Below, piece after piece: positions 1 to 6,871 of a DNA stretch of 12,394 bases; the first letter of the stretch is position 1, and every line of letters begins with the position of its first letter. A model generated the notes under the pieces. It searched no databases, was not told where the DNA came from, and saw nothing but the letters and a program-made list of their open reading frames with translations. Both the position numbers and the translations under genes were made by a program. Location: positions 1-12,394 of the forward strand of contig JBDHDE010000070.1 in the NCBI GenBank assembly GCA_039591655.1, given 5' to 3'. Source of the stretch: Gemmatimonadota bacterium. GTDB lineage: Bacteria; Gemmatimonadota; Gemmatimonadetes; Gemmatimonadales; GWC2-71-9.

Positions 1-197
1 ATGACTGCCAGTGCGAGCACGTTGTTCATGGCGTCCGCGGAGGAGTGCGCGGCATCGCCTAGCACGCCAAGGGAGCCCGTGCGCAGCCCGATCACTAACT
101 TGGCCCCCACGACGGCGAGATTGGCGACGAGGAGGCCAAGGAGAACGCGCTGAACCTGCGCATTGCGGTCGCGCGCGTCCCGGCGGGCGAGCTGCAT
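1..197 (-). CDS. Cation diffusion facilitator (CDF) family transporter, N-terminal part; runs off the left edge of the window
   Basis: Manual translation from ATG at 197: MQLARRDARDRNAQVQRVLLGLLVANLAVVGAKLVIGLRTGSLGVLGDAAHSSADAMNNVLALAV. This matches CDF TM1 (N...K...G..TGS) and the TM2 signature (GSxxxLxDxxHSxxD). Not in the ORF track because its stop lies outside the window. Confidence 0.9.
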   Translation of the reverse strand, partial: MQLARRDARDRNAQVQRVLLGLLVANLAVVGAKLVIGLRTGSLGVLGDAAHSSADAMNNVLALAV

Positions 198-203
198 GGC
201 TGC

Positions 204-232
204 AAGCTGGCCCCCACCTTGTTTTCTGTCAA
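204..232 (-). promoter_or_regulatory. Sigma70-type promoter for the CDF gene, probably leaderless
   Basis: Minus strand reads TTGACA (232-227), 17 nt, CAGCTT (209-204), GCAGCC, ATG (197). The -35 is perfect, the spacer is canonical, and there is no Shine-Dalgarno. Confidence 0.7.
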
Positions 233-290
233 CGGTCGGAACGCCCTTCGGTGACGACTGTGTCTTCGAGGACGGTGCCCCGGAGCGGCC

Positions 291-1454
291 CTAGTCTGCG
301 GCGCGCACCAACGCGCCCTTGAGATAGCTGGTCTCGGGGATGGAGAGGATCTCCGGGTGGTCCGAGCTCTGTCCCACCAGGCGCACCAGCTCGATGCGCC
401 GTCGGCTGTCGGCGGCGGCGGCCTCGAGCATGTCGAGGAACAGCGCCCGACTCACGTGAAACGAGCACGAGCAGGTGAGCAGGTGTCCGCCGGGCGTGAG
501 GAGGCGCATGGCGCGCAGATTGATCTCCTTGTAGCCGGCGAAAGCCCGCGGCAGCGCGTCCCTCCGCTTTGCGAACGCCGGCGGATCCAGCACGATCGTG
601 TCGAATGCCTCGCCGGCGGCCTCCATGTCCCGCAGCGCATCGAACGCGTTCGCCTCGATCCACTCGACCGTATCGCATCCGTTTAGCGCTGCGTTGCGCT
701 GGGCCACGCTAAGGGCGGGGGAGCTGGAGTCCACGGCGCGCACGCGCTGGGCGCCGCGAGCCATGTGCAGGGCGAAGAGGCCGTGGTATGTGAATACGTC
801 CAGTGCCCGCCCCCGGGCGAGCGAGCCCACCAGGACGCGGTTGTCCCGCTGGTCGAGGAAGGCCCCGGTCTTCTGCCCCGACCGCAGGGCGACTTCATAG
901 GTCACGGGACCTTCCCGGACCTGCACGGTGTCCGGCACCTCACCGGCCGCCCGTAGGGTCTCGAGGGGCAGCCCCTCGTGGCGCCGCACCGACGCGTCGT
1001 TGCGCAGTAGGATTCCCCGGGGCGACAGGACTGTCTCGACGGCTGCCAGAACGTCGTCCCGCGCGGCCTCGAGGCCCGCCGACAGCAGCTGGACGACGAC
1101 GACGTCGCCGTAGCGGTCCACCACGAGGGACGGGAGTCCGTCGGCCTCGGCATGCACCACCCGGTAGGCGGTGGTGTCGAGGGCTAGCGTCCGGCGTCGC
1201 TCGGCAGCGTGGCGCACGCGGCCCTCCCACCACGAACCGTCGATGGTCGCTTCCTGGCGCGTCAGCAGCCGCAGGCGGATCTGGGAGCTAGGGCTCCACA
1301 GCGCCAGTCCCAGAGCCCGCCCGCGATGATCCTCGACGCGCACGATGCCGGGCGGGATGTCCCCACGCGTGTCGACATCGGAGCGGTATACCCAAGGATG
1401 GCCGCCGCGCAGGCGCCCGGCTCCGCGGGACGAGACGGTGACGCGTTCGGTCAT
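291..1454 (-). CDS. rlmI: RlmI-family class I SAM-dependent rRNA m5C methyltransferase with N-terminal PUA-like domain
   Basis: Motifs GHPWVYRSDV, YRVVHAEADGLPSLVVDRYG, GQKTGAFLDQRDNR, LDVFTYHGLFA (SAM binding), LDPPAFAK, TCSCS (catalytic Cys region), DHP...PETSYLK. 387 aa is typical for the family. Confidence 0.9.
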   Translation of the reverse strand: MTERVTVSSRGAGRLRGGHPWVYRSDVDTRGDIPPGIVRVEDHRGRALGLALWSPSSQIRLRLLTRQEATIDGSWWEGRVRHAAERRRTLALDTTAYRVVHAEADGLPSLVVDRYGDVVVVQLLSAGLEAARDDVLAAVETVLSPRGILLRNDASVRRHEGLPLETLRAAGEVPDTVQVREGPVTYEVALRSGQKTGAFLDQRDNRVLVGSLARGRALDVFTYHGLFALHMARGAQRVRAVDSSSPALSVAQRNAALNGCDTVEWIEANAFDALRDMEAAGEAFDTIVLDPPAFAKRRDALPRAFAGYKEINLRAMRLLTPGGHLLTCSCSFHVSRALFLDMLEAAAADSRRRIELVRLVGQSSDHPEILSIPETSYLKGALVRAAD

Positions 1455-1492
1455 TACGCGATGTCGCTGTGGGTGTTCCCTCGCAAGGTAGG

Positions 1493-1518
1493 TATGTTAC
1501 GAACCGAATGCGAAGGAG
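1493..1518. promoter_or_regulatory. Overlapping divergent -10-like hexamers for thiE and rlmI, plus the thiE ribosome-binding site
   Basis: TATGTT (+, 1493-1498) overlaps TAACAT (-, 1499-1494) in the 70-bp divergent gap. AAGGAG at 1513-1518 lies 6 nt before the TTG at 1525. No convincing -35 for either hexamer. Confidence 0.35.
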
Positions 1519-1524
1519 TCGGCC

Positions 1525-2163
1525 TTGCTGACGCTGCCCGAGGCCCGCCTGATAGCCATCGCCGGTCCTCCCACGGTCGATCTCGACGCGCTGCCCGACG
1601 CCTGCCAAGCCGCGGCGGCCGGCGGCGTCACCGCCGTGCAGGTCCGCGCCAAGCACTTGCCGGCCGGACGGCTCCTGGCACTCACCCAAGAGCTGGTGGC
1701 GGCACTCCCGGTGCCGGTCTACGTCAACGACCGTGCGGACGTGGCCCTCGCCGCGGGGGCCCGGGGCGTCCACCTGGGAGCAGACGACGTGCCGGCTGCT
1801 GCCGCGCGGGCATTCGCCGGCCCGGGGCTCAAGATCGGGGTCTCGGTGGGTTCGCCCGACGAGGCCGCCGCCGTGCTCCTGGCTGAAGTGGATTACTGGA
1901 GCATTGGTTCGATCTACGTCACCGCCACGAAGCCAGACGCGGGCGCTCCCATCGGCACCGACGGCTTCCGAGCGCTCGCCGCCCACGCTCCGGCCGGCAT
2001 GACCGTTATCGCCATCGGCGGCATCACCGCCGGGAATGCAGGAGGTATTCTCGGTGCCGGAGCCCAGGGCGTCGCCGTGAGCGCCGCCGTATTCTCGGCC
2101 GGAGACATCGAAGGCGCCGCGCGGGAGCTGCGCGACGCCGTCGAATCCGGGCTCGCCGGCTAG
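1525..2163 (+). CDS. thiE: Thiamine-phosphate synthase
   Basis: VQVRAK (QxRxK), VNDRADVA, GVHLGADD, IGVS (catalytic Ser), TATKPDA (TxTK), IAIGGI, GVAVSAAV. TTG start with an AAGGAG Shine-Dalgarno. Confidence 0.9.
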   Translation: MLTLPEARLIAIAGPPTVDLDALPDACQAAAAGGVTAVQVRAKHLPAGRLLALTQELVAALPVPVYVNDRADVALAAGARGVHLGADDVPAAAARAFAGPGLKIGVSVGSPDEAAAVLLAEVDYWSIGSIYVTATKPDAGAPIGTDGFRALAAHAPAGMTVIAIGGITAGNAGGILGAGAQGVAVSAAVFSAGDIEGAARELRDAVESGLAG

Positions 2164-2189
2164 CTCGCCGGTCTTCCCGGGGGTCGTCC

Positions 2190-3158
2190 CTAGCCCGTAC
2201 CCGCCCGCTGGACCTCTCGCACCGCCCGCTGGTGCTCCCTGTACGTGCGCGAGAAGATGTGCTGTCCGTCCGGCCGGGCCACGAAGTAGAGGAAATCGGT
2301 CTGCGCAGGGTAGAGGGCCGCTTCGATGCTGGCCTCCGATGGCTCGCCGATAGGGCCGGGAGGCAGCCCGTCGATGAGATAGGTGTTGTAGGGCGACCGG
2401 ATCTGGTAGTCACGCTCGAACAGCCGCCGACGCCGCCCCAGGGCGTAGATGACCGTCGGGTCCGCCTGGAGGCGCATGCCTCGATCGAGTCGGTTGTGGT
2501 ACACCGACGACACGTACGGGCGGTCCGGTGCGTGCCGCACTTCACCCTCGATGATCGAGGCCAGAGTGACGAGCTCGTGGCGGGTCATGTCGAGGGAGTC
2601 GAGCCGTGCATTCCATTCGGCGCGCCACCGGCCCTCGAACTCGGTCACCATTTGCCCCACCACTTCCGTGGCGCCGGCATTAGTGAGCACTGCATACCGA
2701 TTGGGGTAGAGGTAGCCCTCGAGGGTCGGCGTAGGGATGCCGAGACGGACCCGCAGACCGGAATCCCGAGCGGCCGCGAGGACGCTGTCGGCCGGAATCC
2801 CGAGCTGTGCCTCCACGGCGGCGGCCACCTCTCCGAGCATGAGCCCCTCGGGTACCAGCAGCCAGCGGTAGGCCGGCCGCCCCGCGACCAGCATCGTGAG
2901 GAGCTGCCGATGGGTCGCGCCCCGGGGAACATGGTAGGTGCCGGCCTGGATCGCGCGGTGCCGCCCCGACATGGTCGCGTAGAACTTGAAGAGACCGGGC
3001 GAGCCGATGAGCTGTCGTGCCGCGAGGGTCTCCGCAACGGCGGTGAGCGTCGCGCCTCGGGGAATCGTCAGCTCGACCACCTCGGGATCACGTGGCGCTT
3101 GGGTCTGGCACCCCATCGCTGCCAGCACGGCGGCGGTCGCCAAGGCTCTGGGGGTCAC
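2190..3158 (-). CDS. mltG: Endolytic transglycosylase MltG (YceG family)
   Basis: IPRGAT, IQAGTY, VPEGL, LEGYLYP, LASIIEGE (catalytic Glu), NRLDRGMRLQADPTVIY, SPYNTYLIDGLPPGPI, FLYFVA...HIFSRTY. The GTG start overlaps the ruvX stop (GTGA). Confidence 0.96.
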   Translation of the reverse strand: MTPRALATAAVLAAMGCQTQAPRDPEVVELTIPRGATLTAVAETLAARQLIGSPGLFKFYATMSGRHRAIQAGTYHVPRGATHRQLLTMLVAGRPAYRWLLVPEGLMLGEVAAAVEAQLGIPADSVLAAARDSGLRVRLGIPTPTLEGYLYPNRYAVLTNAGATEVVGQMVTEFEGRWRAEWNARLDSLDMTRHELVTLASIIEGEVRHAPDRPYVSSVYHNRLDRGMRLQADPTVIYALGRRRRLFERDYQIRSPYNTYLIDGLPPGPIGEPSEASIEAALYPAQTDFLYFVARPDGQHIFSRTYREHQRAVREVQRAGTG

Positions 3159-3595
3159 GGTCGCCGACTGTCTAGGAAGTGCTGCAGCAGCACCGTGGCG
3201 GCGAGTTGGTCTACATCCCCTTTTCGACCCCGCGTGTTGCCTCCCAGGTCGCGAATCGCGCCCAGCGCGCGCGCGGTAGTCATCCGCTCGTCCCAGTAAC
3301 AGACCGGGAGCCCGGTCTTCTCCGCGATGAGTCCGCCGACCGCCCGGGCTCCAGCTGCGCGCTCGTCCTCACTGCCGTCCGGCGCGAGGGGGAGGCCGAC
3401 CACGATCCCGACCGGCTGATGCGTGTCCAGCTGCTCCCGAAGTCGCTGCATGGGAAAGCGCCGCCCGGCGCGCCGCGCCAGGGTGGCAAGTGGCTGGGCT
3501 AGCGTTTGAGAGGGATCCGAGAGGGCAAGACCGATACGCTTCTCCCCCACGTCCACCGCGAGCAACCGCCCCTCCGCCGGAAGAGTTGCCGTCAC
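3155..3595 (-). CDS. ruvX: YqgF/RuvX family RNase H-fold nuclease (pre-16S rRNA processing / Holliday junction resolvase-like)
   Basis: [44 protein letters not shown]. The GTG start overlaps the rho stop (GTGA). Confidence 0.95.
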   Translation of the reverse strand: MTATLPAEGRLLAVDVGEKRIGLALSDPSQTLAQPLATLARRAGRRFPMQRLREQLDTHQPVGIVVGLPLAPDGSEDERAAGARAVGGLIAEKTGLPVCYWDERMTTARALGAIRDLGGNTRGRKGDVDQLAATVLLQHFLDSRRP

Positions 3596-4842
3596 CCCTG
3601 CTGCATCGTGGAGAAGAATTCCTCGTTGCCTTTGGTGCGCTTCATCCGCTCCAGCAGAAACTCGATGGCCTCCACGGTGGGCATGTCGGCGAGGAAATTG
3701 CGGAGCAGGTAGATCTTGTTGAGCTCGCTTGGGTCGAGGAGCAACTCCTCCTTCCGGGTCGAGCTCCGCTGGACGTCGATCGCCGGGTAGGTGCGCCGGT
3801 CGGCGATCCGCCGATCGAGCACGACCTCCATATTGCCCGTACCCTTGAACTCCTCGAAGATCACCTCGTCCATGCGGCTGCCGGTCTCGATGAGCGCCGT
3901 GGCGATGATCGTGAGTGAGCCCCCGCCGTCTATGTTACGCGCCGCGCCGAAGAAGCGCTTAGGCTTCTGCAACGCGTTGGCGTCCACGCCACCTGAGAGG
4001 ATCTTGCCCGAGTGGGGAATCACCACGTTGTGTGCTCGGCCCAGCCGCGTGATCGAGTCGAGGAGGATGATCACGTCCTGGCTGTGCTCCACCAGCCGCC
4101 GCGCCTTCTCGATCACCATGTCGGCCACTTGCACGTGCCGATCGGCCGGCTCGTCGAAGGTCGACGCGATCACCTCGGCCTTCACGTTCTCCTCCATGTC
4201 GGTGACCTCTTCCGGTCGTTCGTCGATGAGGAGCACGATCAGCGTGGCTTCGGGGTGATTCTCGGTGATCGAGTTGGCGATCTTCTGGAGAATGATGGTC
4301 TTGCCGGCCTTGGGCGGCGACACGATGAGACCGCGCTGGCCGAATCCCACCGGCGTGAGCAGGTCCATCACGCGGGTCGACAGGTCCCCGTCCTCCCGTT
4401 CGAGGCGAATCCTCCGATCCGGGTATCGCGGCCGGAGGTTGTCGAACCCGATCCGGTGCTTCGCCTTCTCCGGATCGTCGAAGTTGACCTTCTCGACTTT
4501 CAGGAGCGCCAGGTAGCGCTCGCCCTCCTTGGGCGGCCGCACCTGCCCGAGGATCGTGTCACCGGTCCGGAGATCGAACCGCTTGATCTGGCTCGGGCTC
4601 ACATAGATGTCGTCGGGCCCGTACAGGTAGTTCCAGTCCTGGCTGCGGAGGAACCCGTACCCTTCGGGAAGGATCTCCAGGACGCCCTCGCCCCGGAGCA
4701 CGGTGTCAGAGTCGAGCAGCGATTGTTCGATGCGGAAGATGAGATCCTGCTTGCGAAGGCCAGAGTAGTTAGTGATGTTCAACTCCTCAGCCATCGCGTG
4801 CAGCTCGGAGACTGACTTCTTCTTCAGATCGGCGATGTCCAC
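3592..4842 (-). CDS. rho: Transcription termination factor Rho (alternative start ATG at 4860)
   Basis: Rho_N helices ([13 protein letters not shown]...LRKQDLIF), [27 protein letters not shown]-loop [18 protein letters not shown]-loop SGKILSGG, R-loop FKGTGNME. I prefer the GTG at 4842 because GGAGAG lies about 10 nt upstream and the domain begins there. No N-terminal insertion domain. Confidence 0.98.
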   Translation of the reverse strand: MDIADLKKKSVSELHAMAEELNITNYSGLRKQDLIFRIEQSLLDSDTVLRGEGVLEILPEGYGFLRSQDWNYLYGPDDIYVSPSQIKRFDLRTGDTILGQVRPPKEGERYLALLKVEKVNFDDPEKAKHRIGFDNLRPRYPDRRIRLEREDGDLSTRVMDLLTPVGFGQRGLIVSPPKAGKTIILQKIANSITENHPEATLIVLLIDERPEEVTDMEENVKAEVIASTFDEPADRHVQVADMVIEKARRLVEHSQDVIILLDSITRLGRAHNVVIPHSGKILSGGVDANALQKPKRFFGAARNIDGGGSLTIIATALIETGSRMDEVIFEEFKGTGNMEVVLDRRIADRRTYPAIDVQRSSTRKEELLLDPSELNKIYLLRNFLADMPTVEAIEFLLERMKRTKGNEEFFSTMQQG

Positions 4843-4982
4843 GGGGTGCGAACTCTCCATCGATGAGGTGGGATCGTCCTGCAGTCGAATGCGTGCATCA
4901 GCCCGTACTCCGGGCGCTCGGTATCGTGACGGGGAGGCTTGGTGGTTCTTTTGGGGATATCTACTGGACGAGTAGGTGCGTA

Positions 4983-5011
4983 ATCATAGCCTGACGCCAA
5001 ATAGGCGTCAA
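4983..5011 (-). promoter_or_regulatory. Sigma70-type promoter of the rho-ruvX-mltG operon, overlapped by a 7-5-7 inverted repeat
   Basis: Minus strand TTGACG (5011-5006), 17 nt, TATGAT (4988-4983); predicted TSS about 4976. Inverted repeat TGACGCC-AAATA-GGCGTCA at 4992-5010. Confidence 0.8.
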
Positions 5012-5019
5012 GAGGCGCC

Positions 5020-6153
5020 GTGAGGGCGGTCACGAAGTACCTGGCGTGGTGGCGTGTGACCGTCACGCGCGAGCGCGAGATCATCGACGCGGTCGTCGCG
5101 CAGGACCATCGCGGTCCCTCTCCGGAGCTCGAAGGGGCGCTCGCCGAGTGGCCCGGGAGCTACTATTGGGCCCGAGATGACGGCGATGGGCGCCTGGTCC
5201 TGACGCGGCCGGTAGGCGGCTCCCGGCCCGAGCGCTGGTGGCTTCACGGGGTGTTGTTCGTGGCCACGTTCATCACCGTGTGGATGGGAGGCGCACTGCT
5301 CGCCGGTTCGGAGCTTCCCCTGGCATTTCCGTTCCGAGTGGAGTTCATGGTTGCGCCGCAGCTGCTGGTGCAGTTGATGTCCGAGCTCCTCACGCTCCGT
5401 GCCGGACTGGACTTCGCGGTTGCGCTGATGACCATCCTTCTGGCCCATGAGATGGGCCACTACCTCATGGCCCAGCGGTATGGGATCAGCGCGTCACCGC
5501 CGTACTTCCTGCCCGCGCCGCCGGTCGTGAACTTCATTGGGACGTTCGGCGCCTTCATCCGGCTCCGGAGCCCGATCGTGGACCGGCAGCAGCTCATCGA
5601 CGTCGGTGCGGCGGGGCCGTGGGCGGGCTTCGTTGTGGCCATTGCAGCGCTACTGATTGGACTGGGCCGCTCCGAGGTGGTGGCACAAGTAGGCCCGTCC
5701 GATCAGCTGATCACCGTCGCGAACCTGCAGCTCTATCTGGGGGACTCCCCCGTCTCCTACGCCGCCCGGCGCTTGATCGTGGGTGACGGAACGGTGCTGC
5801 TGCACCCGCTCGCGTTCGCGGGTTGGGTCGGCGTGTTCGTCACGATGCTCAACCTCCTGCCACTGGCCCAGCTCGACGGCGGTCACATCCTGTATGCCCT
5901 GATCGGAAAGCACCAAGCCAGGATCGGTCCCATCGTGTGGCTGGGGCTCATCGCCCTGGGCTTCATCCAGGGGCAGTGGTGGTGGTGGGTGTGGGCCGCG
6001 GTGATCATCATCCTGGGGCGGGGGCGCCTGGCGCACCCCCAGGTGTTGGACCGGCACCGAAGGCTGCCCCGGAATCGCCGGCCCATAGGGTGGGTCACTC
6101 TGCTCCTCTTCCTCGCCACGTTCATTCCGGTCCCAGTGCACTACCACTTCTGA
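5020..6153 (+). CDS. Site-2 protease (peptidase M50, EGY-like subgroup), intramembrane zinc metalloprotease
   Basis: HEMGH zinc motif, PYFLP...IGTFGAFIR, DVGAAGPWAG, LHPLAFAGWVG, LNLLPLAQLDGGH (third zinc ligand), and multiple hydrophobic segments. The start codon is uncertain. Confidence 0.92.
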   Translation: MRAVTKYLAWWRVTVTREREIIDAVVAQDHRGPSPELEGALAEWPGSYYWARDDGDGRLVLTRPVGGSRPERWWLHGVLFVATFITVWMGGALLAGSELPLAFPFRVEFMVAPQLLVQLMSELLTLRAGLDFAVALMTILLAHEMGHYLMAQRYGISASPPYFLPAPPVVNFIGTFGAFIRLRSPIVDRQQLIDVGAAGPWAGFVVAIAALLIGLGRSEVVAQVGPSDQLITVANLQLYLGDSPVSYAARRLIVGDGTVLLHPLAFAGWVGVFVTMLNLLPLAQLDGGHILYALIGKHQARIGPIVWLGLIALGFIQGQWWWWVWAAVIIILGRGRLAHPQVLDRHRRLPRNRRPIGWVTLLLFLATFIPVPVHYHF

Positions 6154-6201
6154 GGTGCTCGTCCGAGGCGCTTGCAGACCGAAGTGACTGCCTGCTCACT
6201 A

Positions 6202-6237
6202 TTGCATAAGTCCTAGGAGCGTTTATATTTGCGCAAA
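6202..6237 (+). promoter_or_regulatory. Putative sigma70 promoter for the two small genes, with a palindrome over the start-site region
   Basis: TTGCAT (6202-6207), 16 nt, TATATT (6224-6229) in a locally AT-rich patch. Perfect palindrome TTTGCGCAAA at 6228-6237. AGGTG at 6243-6247 precedes the ATG at 6255. Confidence 0.55.
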
Positions 6238-6254
6238 CCAACAGGTGTCTCGAC

Positions 6255-6542
6255 ATGCCGGGGAACCCTGTCCGGTACGGCGCTTCTGATCCCTCCGAAC
6301 CCGTGCTCCATGACCTGCCGCCCTTCCGCTACGGGGGCGAGCTCGTCGCAGTGCGGCTGGAGGTGCGGCGCTCCGACGACGGGGCCTGGCGGGGCCGCCT
6401 CCTTTTTGGGCCGGCCGACGCCGGCACCGCTCCTGCCACCGCGGAGATCTTCTGTGCAGTCAGTGAGGCCGATCTGTGGGAGTGTCTCCACGACCTGCGC
6501 GAGCATCACTACCGCGATCTCTACCGTTCGGTGAGTGAGTGA
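6255..6542 (+). CDS. Hypothetical small cytoplasmic protein (95 aa)
   Basis: ATG with an SD-like AGGTG and an upstream promoter. Protein-like beta-beta-alpha pattern (VAVRLEVRRSDDGAWRGRLLF...TAEIF...SEADLWECLHDL). Its stop overlaps the next start (GTGA). Confidence 0.75.
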   Translation: MPGNPVRYGASDPSEPVLHDLPPFRYGGELVAVRLEVRRSDDGAWRGRLLFGPADAGTAPATAEIFCAVSEADLWECLHDLREHHYRDLYRSVSE

Positions 6543-6727
6543 CTGACGACGCCACCCAGCGGTACCACAAGCTAAAGCACGATCTGGCGAATCCGCTCTC
6601 GGCCATCATGGCCGAGACGCAGGTGCTGTTGTTGAGCGCCGATCAGTTGGACGAGGAAACGGTGCGGTCGCTGCGCGAGATCGAGGCCAACTGCCGCCGC
6701 ATGCGCTCGATCCTCCAGGAGAGCTGA
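6539..6727 (+). CDS. Stand-alone histidine kinase dimerization/phosphoacceptor (HisKA/DHp) domain protein, 62 aa
   Basis: H-box KLKHDLANPLSAI followed by a second amphipathic helix SLREIEANCRRMRSILQE. No sensor or HATPase domain. Coupled to the upstream gene through GTGA. Confidence 0.82.
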   Translation: MTDDATQRYHKLKHDLANPLSAIMAETQVLLLSADQLDEETVRSLREIEANCRRMRSILQES

Positions 6728-6759
6728 CCCCCCCCGTCGTCCGCCTGTTACACCGCACT

Positions 6760-6811
6760 GCAACGTTGCGGCTGTGCTGCACTTGACGGCGCCCCCGGAG
6801 GGGCGCACTTT
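6760..6811 (+). promoter_or_regulatory. Putative sigma70 promoter of the envelope operon, with a palindromic spacer and an upstream palindrome
   Basis: TTGACG (6783-6788), 17 nt, CACTTT (6806-6811). Inverted repeat GCGCCCC-CGGA-GGGGCGC at 6789-6806. Perfect palindrome GCAACGTTGC at 6760-6769. Confidence 0.55.
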
Positions 6812-6871
6812 CGCAATTCATCGCTCCGAGTGCCGCTCACCTCCCGAGATCGAGGATACACTGGAGTGCCC

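Noticed and set aside
1525..2163. TenI (thiazole tautomerase) instead of ThiE
   Set aside because: The ThiE catalytic and substrate-binding motifs (QxRxK, ND, GxS, TxTK, IGGI) are all retained.
2151..2171. 9-bp direct repeat GCTCGCCGG on both sides of the thiE stop
   Set aside because: Short and GC-rich, with only two copies. At most a local micro-duplication, with no element between the copies.
6160..6235. Repeated TTGC motifs as a sigma54 promoter
   Set aside because: None has the required GG dinucleotide 12 nt upstream of the GC.
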